From: Acidobacteriota bacterium
GTDB taxonomy: Bacteria; Acidobacteriota; UBA6911; RPQK01; CBDAPI01
DNA length: 64,000 bases
NCBI GenBank assembly: GCA_965205615.1
Contig: CBDBHK010000035.1
Location: 17,495-81,494, forward strand
Direction of reading: 5' to 3'
Shown here: positions 49,338-59,026 of the stretch, piece after piece
How positions within the stretch are numbered: the first letter of the stretch is position 1
How the letters are laid out: each line of letters opens with the position of its first letter
Notes under the pieces: model-generated
What the model saw: the letters and a program-made list of their open reading frames with translations, nothing else
The model's database searches: none
What the model was told of the DNA's origin: nothing
Program-made: the position numbers and the translations under genes

Positions 49338-50510
49338 CTAAAAACGGATGCTCCCTGCCCCTCCGTCGCGCCCGACCAGCTCGATGACTCTTTGCCTTTT
49401 TCGCTGCCTCCGGTAGGACACGAGCTTGACTTCGTCGCCGGGACGTTTGTCCTGGAGCGCTCGCAGGATGTCCCAGCGGTCCCGAATTTTATGCCCGTCA
49501 ATCTCGACGATGATGTCGCCACCGATGTAGATGACCGAATTCCCGTAGACTACCCTTCGATCACCCCCCCGCAGACGAGCCAGGTCAGCCGAGCTTCCTT
49601 CCTCAACTCTTTCAACCAGAAAGCCCTCGGACACCGGCGCATCGAGACCCTTTGCCAGGCGCGGGGTCAGGGAACGTCCCCGGACCCCGATCCAGGGTCG
49701 TCGAACCTCTCCATGCTCGAGCAGATCGGGAAGGACTTCGGCCAGCGTGGCCACGGGGATCGCAAACCCGATTCCGGCGCTGTCCCCTGACCTGGAAAAA
49801 ATAGCCGTGTTGATGCCGATGAGTTCCCCGCGCGTATTCAAGAGGGGGCCTCCGCTGTTGCCCGGATTGATGGCGGCGTCAGTCTGAATAACGTCTTCCA
49901 CAAATCCCCGCTCAGTCCTCAGGCTTCGACCCGTGGAAGAAATGATACCCGTGGTGAGCGTGTGCTGCAGTCCGAAGGGATTCCCGATTGCCAGAACGTT
50001 CTGGCCAACTCTCAAGTCGTCGCTTTCTCCCAGCCTCACAGGGACACATCCAGCGTCGGGACACTCGATTTTCAGAACCGCCAGATCGTTGGGCGGATCG
50101 CTCCCCACCTTCTCTGCCACCAGGGTCGTCTTGTCCTGCAGCGTCACCTCCAGGTGTTTGGCGCCCTCGACGACGTGATAGTTGGTGACGATGTGACCCT
50201 CTGCGTCAATGACAATGCCGCTTCCGATTCCCCGACGGGGAACAATTTCGAAAAACCAGTTGTATTCGATTGAGGTACTGGTGATGTTCACGACGGCGGG
50301 CGAGACCCTTTCATAGACCTCGATGTTGGTCTTTTCCGCCTCGCTCAGGTCGGGAGGCGCAGGAGTGGGGGGAAACGGCCTGGCCACCGCCAGGGCCGGC
50401 GGCGGGGCCGACCAGTAGTGAAACAACACGGTCAGGCCCGACGAGATGGCACTGCAAATGAGAATCACCATCCAAAAACCCCGTCGCTTCATCTGAACCT
50501 TCCTTGTCAA
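49338..50510 (-). CDS. HtrA/DegP-family serine protease with a PDZ domain
   Basis: Catalytic motifs TNYHVV, DLAVLK and GNSGGPLL, plus a C-terminal PDZ domain and an N-terminal TM. Confidence 0.85.
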   Translation of the reverse strand: MTRKVQMKRRGFWMVILICSAISSGLTVLFHYWSAPPPALAVARPFPPTPAPPDLSEAEKTNIEVYERVSPAVVNITSTSIEYNWFFEIVPRRGIGSGIVIDAEGHIVTNYHVVEGAKHLEVTLQDKTTLVAEKVGSDPPNDLAVLKIECPDAGCVPVRLGESDDLRVGQNVLAIGNPFGLQHTLTTGIISSTGRSLRTERGFVEDVIQTDAAINPGNSGGPLLNTRGELIGINTAIFSRSGDSAGIGFAIPVATLAEVLPDLLEHGEVRRPWIGVRGRSLTPRLAKGLDAPVSEGFLVERVEEGSSADLARLRGGDRRVVYGNSVIYIGGDIIVEIDGHKIRDRWDILRALQDKRPGDEVKLVSYRRQRKRQRVIELVGRDGGAGSIRF

Positions 50511-50543
50511 TCTTCCGCCGATAGCTCGGGCAAACGCGCTGTG

Positions 50544-53096
50544 CTAGCGGATTGTTGCATAAAACAGACTGTTGAAAAGCAGTTTATACGTTACCCGTGT
50601 CTGAGCTCGAAACTGGCAGCGAAATCCAATAAAAATGACCCGGCCCTTTTCTATCGGAACCTCAAGAACGGCCTGGCGGCCGTGCAGGTACTGTTCTCCG
50701 TCAATCCACCCGCTGAGGAGAAGATTTTCACCCGGGTAGGATGCTATAGAGACAGCAGATTTCGCTTCAAAGGCCGGACTGTTGACAAACATCGCAGCGC
50801 TTGTTTCCGACATGCCATACCCGACCGGGTGTCGAGGGTTGATCCGGATCCGGAGCAGCGATCCCGGGACAAAATATTCACTTCTCGGCAAATCGCGCGT
50901 CACTTCCGTGACGCCCAGATCCCATTCTCTCACGGGGAGTTCTCCGGAGGCGCCCAGAAACACAAGTGTACCGCCACGCTCGGCAAAGCGTCTTAGATTT
51001 CTTAAGCCTTCCTGGCCAATGCCCCCCCTGAATGGCTCGGGATAAGGTTCCGACAACCCTTTTTCGATTCCCTGCGCCGACTCGTCGGCAAAGAGGATGA
51101 CATCGAACTCCTGCAATTCCCCTTCGCGAACGTCTCCGTCCCGGAGAGTGGTGTATGGGAACTCATGCTGCTCCAGGATCCAGCGTGTCCAGCCCTCGTC
51201 CCTGGACGGGTTGTAGCTTTGATAAAGACCGATCGCGGGTTCGTGAATCCTCTGCCATGCAAGCTGCGGCCATTTCTTCACCTGGTGAACGGCCAGGGGA
51301 AGGTCCTTCAACAGATCCTGCAGGTCCGACTGCTTACCCTCGCCGGCCCTAGCCATCAGGGTGCCCACCGGAAAGGGGTGGTCGCCAACTCGAAATCCAT
51401 AGGTCGCCCAGTCCAGGCGGTGTCCATGGCGAAGCAGACGGTTCGCGAGCCTGGCAAAGGCATTGTTCTGATGCGAAAACAGCCAGTATTGACCAGCGCC
51501 CGAGCGGGTGCCCGAAGGTCTCGTTGAGGGGTCGTGGCGGGTGACCGGCACGACCATCGGGGCATCGATCCGGTAGACTTCGACACCCAGTTGAGTGCCC
51601 AGGGTGTGAGCAGTGACGTCGTAGGGTCTCTCAAGTGGTCCGCCCGGGTACCGTCTCAGCTCCGGATACGCCTGAATCTCGAGCATGGTCTTGGCGAAAG
51701 AGCTGTAAGGCTGCCGCAGGAAAACCACAAAGTCCCCGCTTTCGAACCCGTTGCCGTTTTCCCGACAAAAGGGTGGTGAAGAACAGGCCTCTGTCTGAAC
51801 CTGAAAGCTCTCCGCGGCCCGGTGAACCTCGACCGATCCAAATTCCAGAGTCTGGAGAAGGTCGTGAAGGCTCTCGGGATCTCGCTGTCGTGCCGGGATC
51901 ACAAAGGCGTAGGGGCTGGTTCGCTCAACAGCGTTGAGCCCTATCTGGAAGAAATTCCGGAGCCACCGGGTGCGGTTTCTTGCCCCGTGAAGGAGACACG
52001 CCTGCAGCGCTACCTTCTGATCCTCAACGATATCCCGAAGCCGCCACTCTCCACCCGGCCACGGTTCGGGGAAGTTCCAGCTCGGCCGGGATGCGTGGTA
52101 GTTGTGCCCCTGGCCCAACTGCTCGGGAGATACGATTTCCGGGGTCGCCAGGCGGGCCGAGGCCGACTCGGAAAGGAGTCGTACTCCGGCATGGTAGTGC
52201 TGGTACGCCCGGGCCGGAGTAAACGCATCATAGATCGCGTTGGTCACCACGCCCTTGCGGCCCGACGCGACCAGGGCGGAAAACATGAATCCGCCGATAT
52301 CGATGATCTGGGCCTGAATGAGCGGGTCGACGTTTTGGTCGATCGGGTCGATAAAGGGAGGAACGAAGATGCGCGCTGAATGGGATCCCATCTGGTGAAC
52401 GTCGTACACTATCTGAGGGTGCCACCGATTGTGGATCTCAGCGATGGCGATGCGGGTTTCCTTTTGCGTGAACATGTACCAGTCCCGGTTGTTGTCGTGC
52501 CCGACGTACTTCTGGTAAAGCCTGGGCGGGGGCAGCCCCTCAGCAGGTGTGCCCAGGGTACTTCGGTACCAGTTCACAACAATATTCACGCCGTCGGGAT
52601 TCAGAGAAGGCACGAAGAGAAAGATAACGTTCTCCAGAATCTCCCTCGTTTCCGGGTCATTTCGGGACGCCATTTCCCAGGCAAATTCCATGCTCATCTG
52701 GGAAGAAGCGACTTCGGTGGAATGTATCCCGCAGGTGACGAGTACAACCGTCTTCCCTTCCCGAATCAGTTCTTCAGCACTTCGCTCTACGCTGCGGGGA
52801 TCAGCCAGCCGCTCTTGAATCCGACGGTAGTCGTCGAGCCTGGCGAGATTCTCCGCGCTGCTGATCGTGGCCAGAAGAAAGGGATTGTCCTCGGTGGTTC
52901 GACCCAGCTCCTGCACCAGAATGCGCTGACTGTGTTGGCCCAGCAGGTGAAAATAGGAGGAAATCTGCTCCCAATCGGCCAGTTTGCGGTCTGTCCCAAC
53001 CGGAAACCCTAGAAACTGGTGGGGCGTCGTAATCCCGTCGGCCGCAGTCAGGGTTGCGCCCGTCAACAGAACCAGGACCACCGCCAGCTTTCTCAT
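50544..53096 (-). CDS. secreted M14-family zinc carboxypeptidase-like protein with a large C-terminal extension
   Basis: Signal peptide MRKLAVVLVLLTGATLTA. Zn motif CGIHSTEV (HxxE) and SLNPDG. The ATG at 53096 is chosen inside the longer ORF. Confidence 0.7.
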   Translation of the reverse strand: MRKLAVVLVLLTGATLTAADGITTPHQFLGFPVGTDRKLADWEQISSYFHLLGQHSQRILVQELGRTTEDNPFLLATISSAENLARLDDYRRIQERLADPRSVERSAEELIREGKTVVLVTCGIHSTEVASSQMSMEFAWEMASRNDPETREILENVIFLFVPSLNPDGVNIVVNWYRSTLGTPAEGLPPPRLYQKYVGHDNNRDWYMFTQKETRIAIAEIHNRWHPQIVYDVHQMGSHSARIFVPPFIDPIDQNVDPLIQAQIIDIGGFMFSALVASGRKGVVTNAIYDAFTPARAYQHYHAGVRLLSESASARLATPEIVSPEQLGQGHNYHASRPSWNFPEPWPGGEWRLRDIVEDQKVALQACLLHGARNRTRWLRNFFQIGLNAVERTSPYAFVIPARQRDPESLHDLLQTLEFGSVEVHRAAESFQVQTEACSSPPFCRENGNGFESGDFVVFLRQPYSSFAKTMLEIQAYPELRRYPGGPLERPYDVTAHTLGTQLGVEVYRIDAPMVVPVTRHDPSTRPSGTRSGAGQYWLFSHQNNAFARLANRLLRHGHRLDWATYGFRVGDHPFPVGTLMARAGEGKQSDLQDLLKDLPLAVHQVKKWPQLAWQRIHEPAIGLYQSYNPSRDEGWTRWILEQHEFPYTTLRDGDVREGELQEFDVILFADESAQGIEKGLSEPYPEPFRGGIGQEGLRNLRRFAERGGTLVFLGASGELPVREWDLGVTEVTRDLPRSEYFVPGSLLRIRINPRHPVGYGMSETSAAMFVNSPAFEAKSAVSIASYPGENLLLSGWIDGEQYLHGRQAVLEVPIEKGRVIFIGFRCQFRAQTRVTYKLLFNSLFYATIR

Positions 53097-53215
53097 CAGA
53101 CACCTCTTCACCATTCTACGCCGCGATAGTAGGGTAAACGAAGGCCTGCCGCCAGGCCCAGCCGGGGCCGACGGAAAACAGCCAGAGGGCCTGAAACGCG
53201 CGCGCAAGGCCCGCC

Positions 53216-54376
53216 TCAATCATAGTCGGGCTCGTTTACGAAGAAGAAGAAAACCAGGCTGGCCGCCAGTGTCAGCCCTGCGGTCAGGGCCACCACCCCC
53301 GCGAATCCTGCCCAGTCGAAGAGATACGAGGCCGCCAGCACGGAGCCGGAAATCCCCAGTTGTGAAAAACCGTTTCGCAAACCCAGAAAGGCTCCTCTGA
53401 GGCCGGCCCCCGATAACTCTGTCTGCATGGCCTGAAGAGCGGTCTGGCGGGCAGCCGCCAGCAGCATGAGACAGAAGAAAAGGACGAAAAGCCGTACCCC
53501 CCAGCCACTGGCGGCAACGAAAAGGAGAGGAAACACCTGCAGGGTGTTCGCAAACAAGAAGACGGTTCGCTTGGAGAGACGATCGCTCAGCCAGCCTGCA
53601 GCGGGCGCACCCACAACAGATGCCGCACCCGTCACCATGAACAACAGGGTGATCTGCCCCGGCCCCAGGCCCAGCCCCGCAATAAACGCCAGAAAAGCCA
53701 GTGTCGCACCGGAGGTGAGAAAGGAGACCAGCAGGGAACCCCTCATTCCGGAATCTTTCAAAAAAGATCCATAAGACCCCCATCCTGCCGCTCCCCTCCG
53801 TCGATCCCGTTGCCTGGCCGGAAAAGCCAGAAGTGAGAAAAGCATGGCCGGCAGTGCCAGAAAAACAATCCCCAGAAAGCCGCTCTGCCAGTGAAAGCGC
53901 TCGGCCACCTGCACGCTGATCGGAATCCCCAGAATGAGGGCCGCGAAATGGGCGCTCAGAAGGACGCCTACCGCCCGGCCCCGCTCTCGGTAGGAAAACC
54001 AGTCACCGACCAGACCCGCCGTGCACACCGAGAGCAGGCCGCCGGCAATCCCTGCGGCCGCGCGCAGCAGCAGGAGTCCCTGGAAGGAACTACAAAACTG
54101 TGTGGCGATGGACGTCGCCGCCAGCAGCAGGATTCCGGCCCGCAGAAGGCCCTGGCGACCGCTCCTGTCGCTGAGTGGTCCCAGAACCAGGTTGGCGACC
54201 GTTGCTGAGAGCGCGTAAGCACTGAACAGCAGGCCCAGGGTCGACACACCGGTCCCCAGGTCCCCGCTCAACCGGGGGATGAGCGGGATCAGCAGCTGGT
54301 TGTCAACCGTGGCGGTAAAGATAATGAGAAAGAGACCGGCCAGGATGGAACCGCTGCGGGTGGAGGTTGAGGACAT
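53216..54376 (-). CDS. MFS transporter
   Basis: 12-TM pattern with the MFS loop motif GPLSDRSGRQ between TM2 and TM3. Confidence 0.8.
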   Translation of the reverse strand: MSSTSTRSGSILAGLFLIIFTATVDNQLLIPLIPRLSGDLGTGVSTLGLLFSAYALSATVANLVLGPLSDRSGRQGLLRAGILLLAATSIATQFCSSFQGLLLLRAAAGIAGGLLSVCTAGLVGDWFSYRERGRAVGVLLSAHFAALILGIPISVQVAERFHWQSGFLGIVFLALPAMLFSLLAFPARQRDRRRGAAGWGSYGSFLKDSGMRGSLLVSFLTSGATLAFLAFIAGLGLGPGQITLLFMVTGAASVVGAPAAGWLSDRLSKRTVFLFANTLQVFPLLFVAASGWGVRLFVLFFCLMLLAAARQTALQAMQTELSGAGLRGAFLGLRNGFSQLGISGSVLAASYLFDWAGFAGVVALTAGLTLAASLVFFFFVNEPDYD

Positions 54377-54390
54377 GGACCGGGCTTCTT

Positions 54391-55068
54391 TCAGGCGCCC
54401 GTTCTCCCCAGCTGCGCATCCGACGGGCGAATATAGTTGGCCCGTATATCCGCAACCGGCCCGGCTTCCCCGGCCCTGGCTGCGGCCAGCCGGATCAGCG
54501 CCGACAAGAGGGGCGGTTGCTCCGCCACAAGACGACTCTCGGGACGGGACTTCCGGATGACGTCCCGATAGACAACCGCTCCGGTTCCAACAAACAGTGG
54601 ATTCATGTGGCTGGGAATGCTCTCGAGCCAGGCCCCCGGTTCCCCCACCCGTTCCTCGACCGGGACTTCTGCCACCGTGTCCCTCCAGGAGTAAACGGCA
54701 CCGAAAATCTGATCACGCCTGGCATCCAGCATGGGAGCTACAGTGTCATCGTGCCCTTCAAAACTATACGCCAGCGCCTCCAGAGTCGAAATCCCCAGCC
54801 CGGAGATTTCCCGGGACTGACCGATGGCCTTCACGACAGCCAGACCGATTCTCACACCGGTGAACGATCCCGGTCCCGTGGCCACGGCCAGGAGATCGAT
54901 CTGCTCGAGGCTTGCTTTGAGCTGTCCCAGCAGAAAGTCGGCCATGGGAATCAGGGTTTCGGAGTAGCGCTGCGGAGTGCGCAGGAGAACCGCCCCCTCC
55001 AGCACGCCGTCCACACCAAGGCCCACTCCACCCAGCTCTGTTGTCGTGTCGACCGCCAGTATTCTCAT
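54391..55068 (-). CDS. tsaB: tRNA t6A37 biosynthesis protein TsaB
   Basis: MRILAVDTTTE...GPGSFTGVRIGLAVVKA. The ATG at 55068 is chosen. Confidence 0.85.
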   Translation of the reverse strand: MRILAVDTTTELGGVGLGVDGVLEGAVLLRTPQRYSETLIPMADFLLGQLKASLEQIDLLAVATGPGSFTGVRIGLAVVKAIGQSREISGLGISTLEALAYSFEGHDDTVAPMLDARRDQIFGAVYSWRDTVAEVPVEERVGEPGAWLESIPSHMNPLFVGTGAVVYRDVIRKSRPESRLVAEQPPLLSALIRLAAARAGEAGPVADIRANYIRPSDAQLGRTGA

Positions 55069-55114
55069 TGCGCCTAGCCACAACAGCATACCTGCCGGGG
55101 AAGCCGGGTTCCTA

Positions 55115-56279
55115 GTGTACTGTCCGGAAAGTTATTGTAGTTAATAGTCAGGGTACTTTTCTATCCTTGGGCATGGCAAGACCACATATTCGACTCGATC
55201 TACCCCAACAACACAAAGCAATTCTACAGTCCTGGCTGCGGGCCTCCAACACCAAAAGAATCCTCGCCGAGCGAGCCCAGATGATCTTACTGTGCGGGGA
55301 CGGACTCACAGCAATTGAGGTCTCCCAAAGGCTGTCCAAGCGCCTGGGCAGCATACAGAAGTGGCGAAAGCGCTACCTTGAGGTGGGGCTATCAGGGTTG
55401 GAGGATCAGCCCCGTTCGGGTCGACCACGGCGACTATCGCCAGCGAAGGTACGAAAAATTCTCAAGGCCACCGTGCAGACCATCCCCAGGGAATCGACTC
55501 ATTGGAGCCTGCGCCTCATGGCAGAGTATGCCCAAGTCAGCAAACATCAGGTGACTGAAATCTGGAAAGCCGCAGATCTTAAGCCCCACCGGATTCGCTC
55601 TTTCAAGATCAGCAACGATCCTGATTTCGCCGAGAAGGTGATCGACGTGGTGGGCCTGTACATGGACCCGCCCGACAACGCTTTGGTTTTGTCTGTAGAC
55701 GAAAAAACTCAGATTCAGGCTCTGGACCGAACCCAGCCCATGCTTCAGCTCAAACCCGGGCAGGTCCAACGCAGAACCCACGATTACAAACGCCACGGGA
55801 CGGCCAGTCTGTTTGCCGCCTTCGACGTGGCCACCGGTGAAGTAATGGGCCGAATCACGAAACGGCATCGGGCCATAGAGTTTTTAGCCTTCTTACGTCA
55901 GATCGAGCAAGTCGTCCATCCAGATCTGGACGTTCACCTCATTCTCGATAACTCGAGCACTCACAAGACCCAGAAAATCCGAAACTGGTTCCTACGACGC
56001 CCACGTTTTCATCTCCACTTTACTCCTACCAGTGCTTCCTGGTTAAACGCTGTCGAAACCTGGTTTTCACAGCTTGAGCGGCGTTCCCTTTACCGCAACT
56101 CTTTCACTAGTGTTCAAGAGTTGAGGAACGAAATACGAAGATATATTCGAGTGCATAACCAACACCTGGCCAAGCCCTTTAAGTGGCGGGCCAACGCTAC
56201 TTCGATCTTAGACAAGGTCGAAAGAGCTCAAAGATCCATCGATCAATGTTAACAACAGGAATTTCTCGGACAGCACACT
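55115..56279 (+). mobile_element. IS630-family insertion sequence (1,165 bp) flanked by a TA duplication
   Basis: Imperfect terminal inverted repeats: GTGTACTGTCCGGAAAG... on the left, and the reverse complement GTGTGCTGTCCGAGAAA... on the right. TA lies at 55113-55114 and 56280-56281. GC content is visibly lower than in the neighbours. Confidence 0.85.
55167..56252 (+). CDS. IS630-family transposase (intact single ORF)
   Basis: N-terminal HTH region, then the DDE_3 core (LVLSVDEKTQIQAL...LILDNSSTHKT...SWLNAVETWF). Confidence 0.9.
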   Translation: MGMARPHIRLDLPQQHKAILQSWLRASNTKRILAERAQMILLCGDGLTAIEVSQRLSKRLGSIQKWRKRYLEVGLSGLEDQPRSGRPRRLSPAKVRKILKATVQTIPRESTHWSLRLMAEYAQVSKHQVTEIWKAADLKPHRIRSFKISNDPDFAEKVIDVVGLYMDPPDNALVLSVDEKTQIQALDRTQPMLQLKPGQVQRRTHDYKRHGTASLFAAFDVATGEVMGRITKRHRAIEFLAFLRQIEQVVHPDLDVHLILDNSSTHKTQKIRNWFLRRPRFHLHFTPTSASWLNAVETWFSQLERRSLYRNSFTSVQELRNEIRRYIRVHNQHLAKPFKWRANATSILDKVERAQRSIDQC

Positions 56280-56310
56280 AGCCCACGGAGCTTTGTGCTC
56301 GGTAAGAGGT

Positions 56311-56338
56311 CACGACGCGCTTACTTCGTGCGCGCTAC
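56311..56338. repeat. solo copy of the REP-like unit
   Basis: ACGCGCTTACTTCGTGCGCGCTAC (56315-56338) is identical to 13382-13405. Confidence 0.85.
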
Positions 56339-56480
56339 TGTTCTTGCCCTCTACTTTAAGATGTAACACCTTAGTTGTTAACTATTAAATATCTATAAAC
56401 AAATGATTATATGTGATTACTTGCCGCTGATTGGTGGATCGAGACGGGGTCACCTGAAACTGCTAAACTTAAATCAGGAG

Positions 56481-58976
56481 ATGGCGTCGACTACCCCCAT
56501 GATGCGGCAGTATCTTGACATCAAGAAGCTGCATCCCGACAAGTTTCTTTTCTTCCGTCTGGGGGATTTCTACGAGATGTTTTTCGAGGACGCGATCGAG
56601 GCCTCGAGAGTCCTGGAAATTACTCTGACATCGCGCAACAGGGACAAGGCCGGCAATGCGATTCCCATGTGCGGTATTCCCTTCCATGCCATTGACGCGT
56701 ATCTGACCAAGCTTCTCAAGCAGGGCTACAAAGTGGCCATCTGCGAGCAAACCGAAGACGCCCGCAAAGCCACAGGTCTGGTGCGACGTGAGGTCACCCG
56801 TGTGGTCACTCCCGGTACAACCGTTCAGGAAGGGGTCCTCGACGCGGGTGAGAACAACTATGTGGCCAGTCTGCTGGAGATGGAAGGATCGGTCGGAGCC
56901 GCCTTTCTGGACGTTTCAACCGGAGAATTCTGGCTCAGCCAGGAAGAGGGCCCCGGGGCCTGGCCGGCCACCCTCGGCCACCTGACCCATTTTGGTCCCG
57001 CGGAACTGATTCTGCCCGAGCAGTTTGCCGACCAGTATCTGTCGAAAATACCCCATGAGGTTCGCAGCGGTGTGGTGGACACGAGGCAACCCGACTGGAC
57101 GTTTCACAGCGACTACAGCCGCCGGGCTCTTCTCGACCACTTCGGGGTGACGACGCTGGAATGTTTTGGAGTCAACGGAGAAGACGCAGCCGTGGCAGCC
57201 GCAGGCGGTCTCCTCGGCTATGCCCGGGAAACGCAGAAGACCTCGCTCGCCCATATCGTCTCGCTCCGGCTCTTCGAGCCGAAACGCTACCTGAGATTGG
57301 ATGAAACCACGGTTTCAAACCTGGAACTGGTCCGGGGCATCGACGGAAACCGGAAATGGACCCTGCTCGCAACCCTTGACCGAACCCGCACCGGGATGGG
57401 AGCTCGCCTGCTGCGCAGCTGGGTTCTGCGACCCTCGACGGAGCGGTCCGAGATCGACTCCCGCCTGGACGCGGTGGAAGAGCTGACAACCTCGTCCGTC
57501 TCCAGGGGCAGGCTGGGAAGCCTGCTCGACCAGGTATACGACATCGAGCGGCTGCTGGGTCGCGTAACTCTCGAGACCGCCCATCCCAGAGATCTGGTGG
57601 CCCTGGCTGCTTCGTTTTCCGTCCTTCCTGACCTTTCAGCAGCTTTGCAGTCCTTCCGGGCCCGGCTCCTGCAGCCCTCTTTCGACTGCCTCGAAGATGT
57701 CCGCGCCTTGCTGGAGGAGGCAATTGACCCGGACGCTCCCGTGTCGCTCCTGGATGGCGGCGTGATCCGTTCCGGCTTCGATGAGAGCCTCGACGACTTG
57801 AGAGGGATCGCCTCCTCCGGGAAGGGGTTCATTGCGGCACTGGAGACGAAAGAACGGGAACGAACCGGAATCTCCAGTCTGAAAGTCAAATACAACCGCG
57901 TCTTCGACTATTTCATCGAGGTCACCAAAGCCAACCTGGACCAGGTCCCTGAGGACTACTTACGGAAGCAGACCCTGGTCAATTCCGAGCGCTTCATCAC
58001 GCCCGAACTGAAGGCGCACGAAGAGAAGGTCCTGGGCGCAGAAGAGAAGATCCTCGAGTTGGAGAGAGAACTCTTCCGGAAGGTGCGGGCCCAGGTGGGT
58101 GCAGAGGCGGTCAGGATTCAGGAAACGGCCACGGCTCTGGCTCGTCTGGACGTCCTCCTTTCCTTTGCTGAGGTGGCTCAGAGCCGGCGCTATGCTCGTC
58201 CCCTCCTGGACGACTCCCGGGAAATGGTCATTACGGGAGGATGGCACCCGGTTCTGCAGCAGTTGACCGAGGAGCCCTTTGTCCCCAACGACCTGGTCTG
58301 TAACGACACTTCCGATCAACTTCTGATTCTGACGGGTCCCAACATGGGAGGAAAGTCGACCTACCTGCGCCAGAATGCCTTGATCGTGATCCTTGCGCAA
58401 ATGGGGTCTTTCGTGCCTGCGGAGGCGGCCCGTATCGGGCTGGTGGACCAGATTTTTACCCGCGTTGGAGCGAGTGACAACCTGGCCCGGGGGCGTTCGA
58501 CGTTCATGGTCGAGATGATCGAAACCGCTCATATCCTGAACACGGCTACACCCAGGAGCCTCGTCCTCCTCGACGAGGTGGGGCGGGGCACCGCCACCTT
58601 CGACGGCCTTTCTCTGGCCTGGTCGATTGCCGAGTTCCTGGTCACCGAGCCCGAACGTCGGGCCCGGACTCTGTTTGCCACCCATTATCATGAGCTGACG
58701 AAGCTCGAATCTCTCTATGAGGGCGTCAAGAACTACCGGGTTACGGTCCGGCAGTCAAAGGGGGAGATTCTCTTCTTCCACCGGGTTTTGCCGGGCGTTG
58801 CCAGTCGCAGTTATGGAATCGAGGTGGCCCGTCTGGCTGGAATTCCCACACCTGTCCTGGAGCGGGCACACGAGATTCTTTCCCGCCTGGAGCGCAAGCA
58901 ACTGGACATTTCGGGCCAGAAGCGCTCCAGCTCAACCCATCAGGTTCTGGAGGAGCAGCAAAAGCAGCTCTTCTGA
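56481..58976 (+). CDS. mutS: DNA mismatch repair protein MutS
   Basis: TPMMRQYLDIKK N-terminus and Walker A GPNMGGKSTYLRQ. The ATG at 56481 is preceded by AGGAG. Confidence 0.95.
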   Translation: MASTTPMMRQYLDIKKLHPDKFLFFRLGDFYEMFFEDAIEASRVLEITLTSRNRDKAGNAIPMCGIPFHAIDAYLTKLLKQGYKVAICEQTEDARKATGLVRREVTRVVTPGTTVQEGVLDAGENNYVASLLEMEGSVGAAFLDVSTGEFWLSQEEGPGAWPATLGHLTHFGPAELILPEQFADQYLSKIPHEVRSGVVDTRQPDWTFHSDYSRRALLDHFGVTTLECFGVNGEDAAVAAAGGLLGYARETQKTSLAHIVSLRLFEPKRYLRLDETTVSNLELVRGIDGNRKWTLLATLDRTRTGMGARLLRSWVLRPSTERSEIDSRLDAVEELTTSSVSRGRLGSLLDQVYDIERLLGRVTLETAHPRDLVALAASFSVLPDLSAALQSFRARLLQPSFDCLEDVRALLEEAIDPDAPVSLLDGGVIRSGFDESLDDLRGIASSGKGFIAALETKERERTGISSLKVKYNRVFDYFIEVTKANLDQVPEDYLRKQTLVNSERFITPELKAHEEKVLGAEEKILELERELFRKVRAQVGAEAVRIQETATALARLDVLLSFAEVAQSRRYARPLLDDSREMVITGGWHPVLQQLTEEPFVPNDLVCNDTSDQLLILTGPNMGGKSTYLRQNALIVILAQMGSFVPAEAARIGLVDQIFTRVGASDNLARGRSTFMVEMIETAHILNTATPRSLVLLDEVGRGTATFDGLSLAWSIAEFLVTEPERRARTLFATHYHELTKLESLYEGVKNYRVTVRQSKGEILFFHRVLPGVASRSYGIEVARLAGIPTPVLERAHEILSRLERKQLDISGQKRSSSTHQVLEEQQKQLF

Positions 58977-59026
58977 CGCGTTTCACACTCTCCCGTGCCG
59001 TCGAGTCCAGAACCTATAATGGGCGC

